DNA from: Octopus sinensis
Taxonomy: Eukaryota
Length of the DNA: 64,000 bases
NCBI RefSeq assembly: GCF_006345805.1
Contig: NC_043017.1
Span: 11,904,001 to 11,968,000, forward strand
Reading direction: 5' to 3'
Both the position numbers and the translations under genes were made by a program. A model generated the notes under the pieces. It did no database searches. It was not told where the DNA came from and saw nothing but the letters and a program-made list of their open reading frames with translations. Below, piece after piece: positions 1 to 12,586 of this stretch. Position 1 is the stretch's first letter, and every line of letters starts with the position of its first letter.

Positions 1-360
1 ACTTAAGTGATACTATTTTTAACGTATTTTGTTCAACTAATTCATATCTAGATACGACTTCAGCGTTTTAGTATTTAATGGTATAAATGATACACAGGTT
101 TATTTGATGCATTTCAATTTTGGCAAATCTATAAAAAAAAGATTTTAGTGCATTAAAGCAATAACTTAATGGTTCAGAGACATTTTTCTTTTAAAAATGT
201 GGGCTTTATTGTTGTTATACTATGTTGTAGTACTCACTATTATCTGCATACCTAAGGTTAGTGTTTTAGTATCTACTATCATCTATTATGTTTACTTACC
301 ATGCCAGCATGGGAAACGGATATTAAATGATGATGAAAATGGTGATGTTGATATGTCAAA

Positions 361-515
361 GCAGTGAGCTGGCAGAACGGTTAGCATGTTGGACAAAATG
401 CATAGCAGCATTTCCTCCAGTCCTTTACGTTCTGAGTTCAAATACTGCTGAGATCAGCTTTGACTTTTATCCTTTCAGGGTCAGTAGAACAAAGTACCAG
501 TTAAGATTGCAGTTC
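361..515 (+). mobile_element. tRNA-derived SINE, family B (working name), 5' part
   Basis: gagctggcagaa..ttagc..gagttcaaat..ctttgacttttatcctttcagggtc..aagtaccag matches the B copies at 11196, 24105 and 37147; A-box-like and B-box-like motifs present. Confidence 0.75.
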
Positions 516-688
516 CTGTAATCATAGATCTGCTCAATCAGGGTCGACCTAGGGCTATTCAGCAATCATAACTGTAGCCACTCACAGTAAATATAGCTGT
601 CGATAACTTCTATAGCCATTAATACAACCATTGTAAGTATTGGTGGTTCTAATGGTTAAGGTTATGGTGAGTGTTACTGGCTATATAT

Positions 689-728
<40 letters not shown>

Positions 729-1538
729 CTAATGTAGGATAAACCAGCATGACTATAATCGCTACCAATAACTACTAGAGCTACTGATATTAAACATTAT
801 AACCACTGATACAAACTGATAGGTATTAACGGTGTCTATAAACACCAACTACAGTACTAACCAAACACTGACCATTATAGCTACGAGCGACTACTGGAAC
901 TACTGATATTTACATTATAGTCACCAGTAACTACTAGAGCTACCAATAACTAATACAGACATCAATACTAACCATTGCAGCCATCAATATCAACTATTAC
1001 AGCCATAAATAACTAGCAGAGCCACCAGAAATAACAACTGTTACCAGAGCTGCTACTAGTATCATGGAAAGAAATTCCGTTGCTATGAATGTGTCTGTCA
1101 ACATTTTTATTACATTTCATTCTTCATAAAAACAGATTTCGTTTTTTTTTTTTTTTTGTATGATGTATGACCCATAACTCACCCAGTATTTGACATATTA
1201 AATATAGTTGGACCACATATCTAATATCAAAAATAACTTGCAAAAGATAAAACAAAATTTTCGTTAAAAAAACCCAACAAAAACACTAATACAATTACAA
1301 TTTTCTTGATTGTTAATTTATTTCATCTTTGGAGATGAAACATTTTTCAAAATATTTTTTTACTTTCAGAGTCTGAATCCCACAGAGGTTGACTTTTGCC
1401 TTTCATTTCCCTTTTTTATTATTTTTTTTTCAAGGTAAATAAAATGAGTATCAGTGAAATACTAAATTTGATCTGATTGACTTTAGCCTTTTCTCATCAA
1501 AAATTTTGATGCCTTGTGCCTATGTAATAAATCTACGT

Positions 1539-1954
1539 GGCCGATGCCAGCACCGCCTTGACTGGCTTCTGTGCCGGTGGCACATAAAAAGCACCATCCG
1601 AACATGGCCGATGCCAGCACCGCCTCGACTGGCTTCTGTGCCGGTGGCACATAAAAAGCACCATCCGAACATGGCCGATGCCAGCGCCACCTTGGCTGGC
1701 TTCCGTGCCGGTGGCACGTTAAAAGCACCAACCGATCATGGCCAATGCCAGACCCCCCTGGCACCTGTGCAGGTGGCACGTAAAAAGCACCCACTACACT
1801 CGCGGAGTGGTTGGCGTTAGGAAGGGCATCCAGCTGTAGAAACACTGCCAGATCAGACTGGAGCCTGGTGCAGCCCCTGGCTTCCCAGACCCCGGTCGAA
1901 CCGTCCAACCCGTGCTAGCGCAGAAAGCGGACGTTAAACGATGATGATGATGAT
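1539..1954 (+). mobile_element. Family C: RTE-LINE 3' UTR-like element with 67-bp tandem units and (GAT)n tail
   Basis: Units start at 1539, 1606, 1673 and 1740. The tail ccactacactc..aggaagggcatccagctgtagaaac..cggacgttaaacgatgatgat is shared with 27462, 47585, 48200 and the LINE at 57420-58454. Confidence 0.85.
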
Positions 1955-2261
1955 AGGAATAAAGGGTGCTAGTTCAAATCCAGCTTACTACTTTGTACGT
2001 ATGCAGGCTAAGGCCCTCTAATGACAGAGATCAACTGGGGTGAAACGTAGCATAGATGTTTCATCTCTGTAGATGAGGTTGATAACCCTAGGCATCAAAT
2101 ATACTTCATCTCAAATATTCAAACAGGTCTTGCCCAGCAAGGGGGTTTGAATCATTTTTTACCAGGCTGAACAGAAAGAATTCATTTCAAATTATATTTC
2201 CATTTTATTGGACTATGAAAGTCTTCAGGATATTTTCTGTTTTATATATGTATTACATATG

Positions 2262-2296
<35 letters not shown>

Positions 2297-2299
<3 letters not shown>

Positions 2300-2510
2300 T
2301 TTTACTCTTTTACTTGTTTCAGTCATTTGACTGCGGCAATGCTGGAGCACCGCCTTTAATTGAGCAACCCGACCCCAGGACTTATTCTTTTTAAGCCAGT
2401 ACTTATTCTATCGGTCACTTTTGCTGAACCGCTAAGTAACGGGACATAAACACACAGCATCGGTTGTCAAGCAATGCTAGGGGACACCACAGACACACAA
2501 CACACACACA

Positions 2511-2552
<42 letters not shown>

Positions 2553-2704
2553 TTCAACTGGTTTTTCAGTTTCCGTCTTCCAAATCCACTCACAAGGCTT
2601 TGGTCGGCCGCGAGGCTATAGTAGAAGACACTTGCCCAAGTGCCACGCAGTAGGACTGAACCCGGAACCATGTGGTTGGTAGACAAGCTACTTACCACAC
2701 AGCC
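2297..2704 (-). mobile_element. tRNA-derived SINE, family A (working name), near full length
   Basis: Reverse complement matches the + copies at 44175 and 45545: head ggctgtgtggtaag..gggttcag, internal (TA)n(GT)n linker, aagagtaa-type tail. Confidence 0.85.
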
Positions 2705-2706
2705 CA

Positions 2707-2758
<52 letters not shown>

Positions 2759-4343
2759 CATATATATAGCCTTTAAACTGACCCTAACCTTAACCATTAG
2801 AACCACCAATATTGCTAAAAAAGCTTTGGGTTCCTAGATTCAATAGTTTCCAAGATCGAAGAATGGACATAAGAAATAAGCAATCCAACAAGCAAACTCA
2901 ATGAAAATGGTGGCACTCAGATTCTTAGAGGTTGGATGCGGGGGAGGAGAGGGAAGAAATGCTGGCAATGGTGCACAATAAATCCAAGCAGTACATTTTC
3001 TCAATGAAGATGTTGATTAACATGTGTCTTTGATAGCTGCCAGAAACAATATTATTTCTAAACTCTGAACAGACAGAAATTAAATCTAGTGACAACTATT
3101 AACAAGAAACGACTAGTCTCTCCTTTGTTGCTCTGTGTTTGCCAATTGGTGAGTGAGAAGGCCGGCTGCCAGTATCATCATCATCATCATCATCATCATC
3201 TGCATCAGCTGATGTAGTTTAAAACAACATTAGTAGCAAGGTGGTTACATTGCAAGGTTACAAAGGGATCAAGTTATACATCACTCGAGGAAGCCTTGAC
3301 ATCTTTGTTAGCATCTTTCCGTTTGTCTCTTTTGGATTTTTGTTTTTTTTTTCATTCGTCACCTTTCACTGTGGTTGCCATAGTAAATAGCAATCGTTAT
3401 TGTTGCCGTTGCTGCCATATGATCTACCTTCACCACCACCACCACCACCACCACCACTGCTTCCATCTCCACCATTCCTACCTGCCACTTTGCTCTATCA
3501 AGTCATTTTCACACCAGCTTCAGTCTCAAACTCCCAAACGAAACATCTGCCTTCTTATTGAAAGGTGCAGCCAACACTGACCATCACCAGCAACGGTGAT
3601 AATGAGTGTTATTGTGTATCTTTGTTCGTTGCCTGTTGTGATAATTATGATTTCAGTTGCAAATAATAGTTTTATAATGGTCACAGATATATATTCTCTG
3701 TCTTCCAATGACCATCTGCAACTATATGTGACATGGCTTTGATTCCCAGCCTTTTGCTGACCATTTAAATGTGTATTGTGAGCCAACTAGATCAAGTTGC
3801 TACATGGTCTTTTGACCTGCTAGAAATAGTAGCCAAATTTTCCTTAAATTGCACCCTAATATCTTGTAAAAAGAAAAGGCACTTAGGCTAGATAATGCCT
3901 TTGTAAGTATATTACCTTAAGTAAAGGAAGTTTTTCTGTCTCTATGTATTTATGTATGTATGTATGTATGTATGTATGTATGTATGTATGTATCTATCTA
4001 TCTATCTATATATATATATAACCCATGCTAGCATGGAAAACGGACGCTAAACGATGATGATGATGATGATATGTGTGTGTGTGTATTTATGCAGGTATAC
4101 AAATATATGTATGTATTAAACTTTTATATGAAGAATAGTAACAGTGTTAGCCTTCATGGAACTGTCTGACAGAGACCAACAGGCATCAACTTTGAATTCA
4201 CTAATCACCCATCTTGTAAAAGTTCCATAAACATGTATTCTATTTACAAAGCATTGAGTAATTCTTCAGTTTAATCTTAAATTATTTTTCTGTATAACTC
4301 AACATAAACACAAACACACAAACATTTATATATTATATATATA

Positions 4344-4626
4344 TCATGTGACCGACCAGGCTATCAGATGTTGCTACACATCGCTGGTTACAATGCGCTT
4401 CGCATTGTTTTAGCTTTCAAATGGCGCCACCCCGCTGGCTAAGTGAGCAAGCCAACAGAAGAAAGAGTGAGAGAGAGTTGTGGCGAAAGAGTACAGCAGG
4501 GGTCGCCACCACCCCTGCCAGGGCCTCATGGAGCTTTAGGTGTTTTCGCTCAATAAACACACACAACGCCCGGTTTGGGAATCGAAACCGCGATCCTCCG
4601 ACCGTGAGTCTGCTGCCTTAACCACT
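4344..4626 (-). mobile_element. tRNA-derived SINE, family D (working name)
   Basis: Minus strand starts agtggttaaggcagcagactcacggtcggaggatcgcggtttcgattccc (A-box and B-box like). The 3' part matches 61941-62060 and 39975-40100. Flanked by (TA)n. Confidence 0.75.
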
Positions 4627-5065
4627 ATATATATGTATATATATATATATATATATGAATAAACATGTGTATGCATACGAGCATGTACATACATGTGTAT
4701 GTGTAAAACTTTTATTGTCTGTAATGGAGGACATGAGATAATTTAAGGTTCCGACAGATGTATTTATAACCTGAGCACAATCGTACCACCTGTTGATTTG
4801 TAAACAGCCTTGTTCGTCTAGAATGATTAATATGTACCTGCAGACTGGGGTTCAATTCATTGCAATGTCATTAAGGTTAATGCTAAATCATGCTTCATTA
4901 GCTTTAACAAACATGAAGACAGTTTTCTTAGGCGCACAACATATGTACGTATGTATGTGTATATGTGTACATATATATATACATACATACATATATATAC
5001 ATACTTACACACATACATACATATATATTTTAGGACACAGGTGTGTATGTATGTGTGTGTGTGCA

Positions 5066-5134
<69 letters not shown>

Positions 5135-5348
5135 AATTCGTCTGAGTCCCTACAATGTGACAATAAGCTTAGCTTTGTTTCTTTACATTTGATACCAGCC
5201 ATTATAAATTTCAAACTAAAAATAACAAAACCCTCACCCCCTTCAAGATAAAATAAAAAAATGTTGCCAAAGAAATGCAGAATAAATAAATGAAATAAAA
5301 ACAAATAAATTAACAAAGTTTGATAAATTGTCTTTATTTATGTTAAAA

Positions 5349-5715
5349 CTAGCAGTATCGCCCGGTATTGCTCGGGTTTGTAAGGGAAATAACTATATAA
5401 GCATTTTTAGAGAGTTATAGCCAAAAAATAGCAAAAAATGCATTAAAAATGGAAAAAAATTATGACATTTTTAGAGAGTTACTTCACTTATATAATAGCG
5501 AAAAAAATGCATTAAAATGGAAAAAAATTATGGTAAATTTTGTTTTAAATCGTAGACTCATTGTAGACATGCGCTAATACCCAGAAGGGCTTGATATGAA
5601 TCACGACAATAAGATACCCGGTTTTGGTTACACTGCACCGCAAAATGTGGGAGTAGTTAGGAATCTAAATCGTAGGAGACAGACACTCACACAACTTCAC
5701 TTTTATATATAAAGA
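5349..5715 (-). mobile_element. Non-autonomous Helitron-like element
   Basis: Minus strand reads A|TC at the start and ends with a CCCG-AGCAATAC-CGGG hairpin then CTAG|T. Termini are shared with 53645-54030. Internal duplication of about 65 bp at 5401/5466. Confidence 0.7.
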
Positions 5716-5766
5716 TATTCATGATTTTTTTTCTTTGTGAAATATGGCTCCTCTTCCTCCTCCTTG

Positions 5767-5811
<45 letters not shown>

Positions 5812-6167
5812 CCTGCCCTTTCTTCAAGCTGAATGGGAAAACTTGATGATAGCTTCGTAGAAGACAAAGTGTTTATTTTCAACATTTTCAATCTTGTCCT
5901 ACAAAAATTCTCTTATGCCACGGGTCACGAAACAGAGGAAAACTGCCTGCTTTACCTTATATAAAGGAAGTGAGGGCATGGGGTTGCTGGGCAATCACTC
6001 TGATGGACCCAGCCAACAGTCAAAAGCATCCAGCATATTTGATGTGCTGGATGTATTTGATAAAACTCCAAGGTTCAATCCCATTGCACAGCTCCACAGC
6101 CCCTTGGGCTTCTTCTACTATGGAAACTGTGTGACAGTTCATCGTGTGTGTGTGTGTGCGTGTGTGT

Positions 6168-6206
<39 letters not shown>

Positions 6207-6699
6207 TTTGTGTCAGCATTTGATCCCCACCACCATCACCACCACCACCACCACCACCATCTGACAATTAGTGTTGGTTTGTTTACATCCTTGTGACTTG
6301 GTAGTTTAGCCCAAAAGACTGTAGCAAACTTAAAAATGAGTATTAGGGCAAGTGCCCCAGCATGGCCACACTTCAATAAATGAAACAAATAAAAGTTAAA
6401 AGTCAAGTTATTAATGCTTGGTCACTGAATGAGCGAGTGCAGAATGGTTTCGTTTTTGTCACAGCATCTTGGAGAAGCTGAGAGCATTTCCATGTGAGTA
6501 AAGATGCTCTCCAGCTTGCAGTGCCATAGTTCTGGAGTGGGAAGTTCCGTGAGACAGTCGAGCGAGTTGATTGCCGTGAAGGACCAGAGGTTTTCTCCTG
6601 TTACTAGAAATCTTTCTTTTACTGCAGGAACGGCAGAACATTTGGTGGGATGGGTTATACATCGAGAGATAAAAGGAAAAAAGGAACAGAAGAAGCCAT

Positions 6700-7240
6700 G
6701 ATGACGTTGATGATGATGATGATTGATAATGATGACAATGATGATGATTAGTGTGATGCTAATGTAAATGATGACAATGAAATAGGTGATGATGATGGTG
6801 GTTTATTAGCAACGATGAGGGTGATGATGATGGTGATGGTGATGTTTATTGGTGGCAATGATGCTGATGATGATGGTGGTGATAATGATGATGGTGGTGA
6901 TGATGATGGTGGTGATGATGATGATGATGGTAATGATGACGATGAAGATGACGATGACAACGATAATAACTGATGGCAATGCAGATGATGACAGTGATAC
7001 AGATGACGATGATGATGGTGGTATGACGATGCTCATGATAGTTGAAAGCATGGTGATGTTGCTGACAGTGATGACGAAGACGATGTCGATGACGACCATG
7101 ACTGTGTTGCTAATGTGGATGGTGACAGTGAAACAAATGATGATGGTGATGATGATGATGATGACGATGATGATGATGATGAGAGGAAGCTTGACGTTGG
7201 CTATGACAACTACAATGAAAGCTACAATGCTGACACGCAA
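6700..7240. repeat. Degenerate (GAT)/(GGT)/(GAC) low-complexity tract
   Basis: Direct reading; source of the poly-M/V/D ORFs. Confidence 0.9.
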
Positions 7241-8800
7241 TTCTTAAAGAATACAAATAAATTTTGATTTCCCTAAAAAAAAAAAAAAAAGAAAAAAGAA
7301 AAAAATTATTATTATTTCCCCCTTTTTTTTTGTTTGATTTTTGTTTTTCAAATTTGATTTTCGCTACTTTCTTTCTTATTTTCTTGTAGAACGAAAAAGA
7401 AGGCGGTGGGGAAGGGTCAAAGTTAGGGGGCTGGGGAAGATAGGGGGTTGAGGATTTCTTTTTGCTTCCCCTCAATCCATTACTTCTTCCTGTCTTCCCT
7501 TACAACTCCTTAATTCTCCAACACCAATACTACTACTACTACTACTACTACTACTACCACTGAAACCACCATCAATACCATTTGTATATTTGGTATACCT
7601 TGTTTTCTTCTTTTCTGCTCCTAATCTTCTTATCTCTCTCTCCTTCTCTCTCTCCCCTCTCCCCTTTTCTCTCCCTCTCTCTCTCTCTGTCCCTCTCTCT
7701 CCCTTTCTTTCTCTCTCTGCCCTCCCTCCTCTCACTTTGAAAATTTCTGGATGTCTATTGGTTTTTTTTCTCTTTTTCTCTCCTTCGTTAAGGTTTGCTA
7801 ATTGATTTATGATAGCTTTTGTTAATTGTCTTTACTTTTTGTAGTGAATAGAGAGAGAAGAGTGGTGGTGGTCGTGGGGGGAGGGGGCAGTGATTGGGTA
7901 ATAGTATCAGTGGTGGTGGTGGTGGTGGTAAGGGAATATGGCATTATTATTACTCATGGTGAGGGTGGAGGCTGTGGTGATGGTGATGGTGTTTATGGCA
8001 TTGTGGTGGTATGACATTGTAGGTGGTGGTGATGGCGATGGTGGTAGTAGTGGTTGTAATAGTTATAGTATAGTGGTGGTATGATGTGGTTGGTGATGGT
8101 GGTAGTGGTGATGGTGGTGGTGGATGTGGTTTTGTTGCAATGTGGTGTCGGTGGCAGTGGTGATGGTAGTGAGGTTGTGGTATGTTATTGTTTAGCCATA
8201 AATCAATCATGATTTCAGTTGAGCACATGATGAGCTTCCCGACAGTTTCCATCTACCAGATTCATTTACATGGCATTGGTTAGCCTGGGGCTATAGTAGA
8301 AGACACTTGCCCAAGGTGCCACACTGTGGAACTGGACCCGGCACCATTTGGTTGCAAACAAGCTTCTTAACCGCTCAGCCACGTCTGCAGGATCCTGTCT
8401 TCTTCAAATGTTTTGCCTTTATATTATGTAATGTGGCCTTCTTTTAAAGATGCAATTGAGAGTGGATTGATGGGGATGTGACTGCTGTATTTCCGGAAGG
8501 AACATTGTACTTTGATCCTTGGTTAACTCAACAATGACTGACTGAGCATTTATGCTGTCATTTGACTTGCCGGAAATAGCAACCAAACTTCTTCAAATCA
8601 CATTACACTGTTTGAAAAACTGAAGGTCACATTTATTGGACAAGGTAATCCAAGATTAATCCAAAGCTTGAACGGGTGTGATCATGGTTGAAATGGAGCA
8701 CCTGTTTGTTGGACCAAGAATGACCACCTGGGGCTAAACTACAAGAACATTTTAAGATGATGCAACACTGGAATAGCTTAACAGAATGGTATGGTACTCC

Positions 8801-8801
<1 letters not shown>

Positions 8802-8867
<66 letters not shown>
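8802..8867. repeat. (AGC)22 perfect trinucleotide microsatellite
   Basis: 66 bp uninterrupted. Confidence 0.95.
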
Positions 8868-8869
<2 letters not shown>

Positions 8870-10231
8870 TTTGAGCATCCTTCTGGAAGAGAGCAGTGAT
8901 TACAGGCAGGGATGGTACTGATGACACTAGAAGAAATTACTGTATGGGTATGGTACTGGCGGTAGTGGTGATGGTAGTACTAATGATGGTATTGGTACTG
9001 GTTGTAGGTAGTACAAGGGGTGGGGGGCAGTGCTTGTAGTGATGGTAGTGGGACTAGTTGTTGTATTGGCGGCAGTGTTTAGTAGTGGTGCTGAGGTTTC
9101 TAATGGTGGTGGTGGTGGTGGTATTGATGGTGGTAGTGGTGGTTGATGTACTGACAGTGTTGGGATTAGTGGTGGTGGTGGTGGTGGAGGTGAAGGTTAT
9201 GATACAAAACTAAGAAAATAACTTAAGAATAAAAAGCATCAAAAACATTAAATAAAAAAAAATCAAACTCATGAAAAAAAAACAGACAATAAAAAAAATA
9301 AAGAAAAAAGCAGAAATTTATGTTTTGATTGTTTGTTTCTTTGGTGGTGGCAGATGGAGTGGTGGTGGTGGTGGTGGTGGTGGTGGTGGTGGTGGTGGTG
9401 GTGGGTGGTAATGAGGGGGTAGTGGTAGGAGTTGAGTTGTGGTGACAGTGGTAATAACAGTGGTTGTAGTTTTGGTGATGAAGTGCTTGGTAACGGTGGT
9501 GGTAGCGTTTTTGCGTGGGTGGAGGCGGTAGTAGGTAGAGATAATAGTGAAGAAGGCGGGGTGGCGGGAGTAGTTGATAGCAGTGTTGGTTAGTTGTTGC
9601 TGTCGGTGGTGATGGTGGTGGTGGTGGGGTGTGGATGGTGGTGGTGGTGGTGGTGGTGGTGGCAGTCTTTGAAATAATCATTGCAATATTAAACATTGCC
9701 TTCCGCTTGATTCCGGTCGATTCCGGTTGATTATGGTAGCTTTGGCAGTTACACGAAACTTATTGTGTGTTGCACCTTCCACTCTTTGACTTGAAGAATT
9801 ACTGGCAGGATTTCATCATCACCATCATCACCATCATCATCATCACCGTGGTGCTATGTTCTTTCCATTTTTAAATTTCTTTTTTGTTTCTTTTTCACTT
9901 CTCGCTTTTTTTCCAAATTTTTTTTCCAATCCATTTAAATAAGTCTTTATTGTTTGGTAAGGAAGACATATATATATATACACACACATATATATATATA
10001 TATAAATATGTGTGTGTGTATTATAGGTATATGCATATTCGTATGTTTACACACGCACACATAAATACACACACATACACACATCATCTTTTGTTGCTTA
10101 TTGTGTTTCTTTGAGTTCTTGTTTGGTTGTTTGTTATTGTTTAGCCCCAGGACAATCCTTGGCTTAACTGATCTATGATCAAAGGTGTTCTGGCTGTGAT
10201 CATCCTGTATTCTTTTTTCTTCTCTGTCTGC

Positions 10232-10263
<32 letters not shown>

Positions 10264-10312
10264 CATCATCATCATCATTTAGCGTCCGTCTTCCATGCTA
10301 GCATGGGTTGGA

Positions 10313-10354
<42 letters not shown>

Positions 10355-10559
10355 CATCAAGCAGTTCATTGTTGTTCAGTGTATCCTTCTTTATTTACCA
10401 CAGTAGGGTGTGATTTAATAGAGATTTGGTCATTATTTCTACGATGTCATGTGGCAACATAAATATTTCCTTATTGGTTGGTCAGCTGGTTTCATGATTC
10501 ACATCTTGTACCTTTTAACAGTGATGTCAGTATGTAGTTAGTGGTTGAATACTGAAGAC

Positions 10560-11075
10560 AAGCCAACCATGGCTAAGTGGTTGAGAAGCTTATTATGCAA
10601 TCCTTGGGTCAGGATTTTGGTCCCAATAGTGCAGGCTTGGCTGTGAGGTAAGAAGTCTGCTTCCCAAGCATTTGTTCGCAGGTTCAATACCACTGTGTGG
10701 CACCTCAAGCAATTACCCTCTATCATAGCCCTAAGATGACCAAAGCCTTGTGAGTAAATTTAGTAGATGGAAACTGAAAGAAGCCCATCATGCACACACA
10801 TACACACATATGATAGATCCTCTCATCATGAATGACAAATGAGGGTTCAGTAAAATAAAGCATTAATCATGTTCTATGGAACAGCACCACCACCACCATT
10901 TGACAACCGGTCTTGGTTTGTTTATGTACCTATAACCAATCCGCTCAGCAAAAGAGATCGATGGAATAAGTACCAGACTTTAAAATATGCACTGGGGTCA
11001 ATTTGTTCATCCGAACTCTTCATCGTGGTGCCCCAGCATGGCCACAGTCCAATGCCTGAAACAAGCAAATGATAA
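10560..11075 (+). mobile_element. SINE family A, diverged copy
   Basis: ccaaagccttgtgagt..gatggaaactgaaagaagccc..ttgacaaccgg..ccccagcatggccacagtc..aaacaag. Confidence 0.7.
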
Positions 11076-11195
11076 ATAAAACAGATACAGCCTTGTTATA
11101 TGCTACTTCATGTTGATTCTGTCTGAGGATTATGTTAGGGTACAAGTGTCTGTGGTCTACTCAGCCACTTCCATACACTAAATTCAACAAGCTAT

Positions 11196-11406
11196 GTTAG
11201 CGTGCCGGGCGAAATGCTTAGCGGTATTTCGTCTGTCATTACGTTCTGAGTTCAAATTCTGCCGAAGTCGACTTTGCCTTTCATCCTTTCGGGGTCGATA
11301 AATAAAGTACCAGTTTTGCACTGGGGTCGATATAATCGGCTTAATCCCTTTGTCTGTCCTTGTTTGTCTCCTCTATGTTTAGACCCTTGTAGGCAATAAA
11401 GAAATA
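11196..11406 (+). mobile_element. SINE family B, slightly 5'-truncated
   Basis: Near-identical to 24105-24330. Confidence 0.85.
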
Positions 11407-11699
11407 TATAATCAATCAACAGAGAACTGATTTTACTTTATGCAAATATATAATGCTCCAGCCCGGTCTTGCACATCACATTGAAATAAAAACAAATAAA
11501 CAACTAAAGAACACACGTAAAATAATCTCAAATCCAGAAGAGTTAATCCCTTAAACAGAATTTGAACTCTCTTTCCCCATCTTTATGTCTTCATTTTATG
11601 CTCCTTTCCTTTAAGAATCACCAATGACCACACTTCTTGAACTCAATAGCATCCTCCTCCTCCTCCTCCCATCATCATCACCGTCATCATCATTTGTCC

Positions 11700-12031
11700 C
11701 AATTATTATTATTATCATCATTATCATTACCATTATTATTATTATTATTATTATTATCAGTATTATCATCATTATTATTATTATTATTATTACCATTTTT
11801 ATTATTATTATTATTATTACCATCATCATTATTATTATCATTATTATTACCATTATTATTGTTATTATTATTATTATCACTTTTATTATAATTATTATTA
11901 CCATTATTATTATCATCATTATTATTATTATTATTACCATTTTTACTATTATTATTATTATTATTATTATTATCATCATCATCATCATTATTATTATCAT
12001 TATTATTATTACTATTATTATTATTATTATT
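11700..12031. repeat. (ATT)/(ATC)n microsatellite block
   Basis: Direct reading. Confidence 0.95.
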
Positions 12032-12586
12032 GAGTGAGAGAGCAGACATGCCATCAAAGTGACACTGGGGAAAATATACGAAGCCCAATATACCATCATG
12101 ACTACCCGTCTGATAATAGGTACACCAGGCACATGCATCACAACCATATGTGCGCGACATGGTGATCTCATATCAAGATAGATAACAGCACATGACCTTG
12201 CAGGTGGGGGCCCAGTTAGAATTTTATCAGGTTGAGTGCCCATCCCGCCTCAAACAGTCCCTTAATAAGGGTTGTTTTTAAGGATGTTGAAAGAAACCAC
12301 CCATGTTTCCAGAGGTGAACTATTCAAACCCCAAAGAATCCCTCTCAACACATGGCCTGATGCTCCCCACTACTTCTGCTCGTGATCAGAGATGCACATA
12401 TCGTCAGCCACTAAGGGAGCTGCCAACTGGTTAAGGTCAAGCAACTGACAAGCAAATCTGTGGTATTGAGCAGAATATTTGCTGTAGCCCATCTTTTATA
12501 CCAAGACAAAACAATGTACATGATAACACTTCCAATCAGTTAAGATCAGAGCCATGAGAGCCACTGCCTGGTACTGCATCAGGGCA
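12032..12586. mobile_element. Unclassified insertion of about 555 bp bracketed by (ATT)n arrays
   Basis: Complex, GC-richer island with abrupt (ATT)n arrays on both sides; no coding potential seen; only one copy in the window, so element status is inferred. Confidence 0.5.

Noticed and set aside
1539-1806. 67-bp and 17-bp (59755) repeats as CRISPR arrays
   Set aside because: Head-to-tail units without unique spacers, no cas genes, eukaryotic context
8802-8867. (CAG)22 as a polyglutamine exon
   Set aside because: No convincing splice sites or flanking coding frame
8918-8940. CTGATGA..GAAA hits here and at 50961-50974 as hammerheads
   Set aside because: No stem II or stem I pairing around the core
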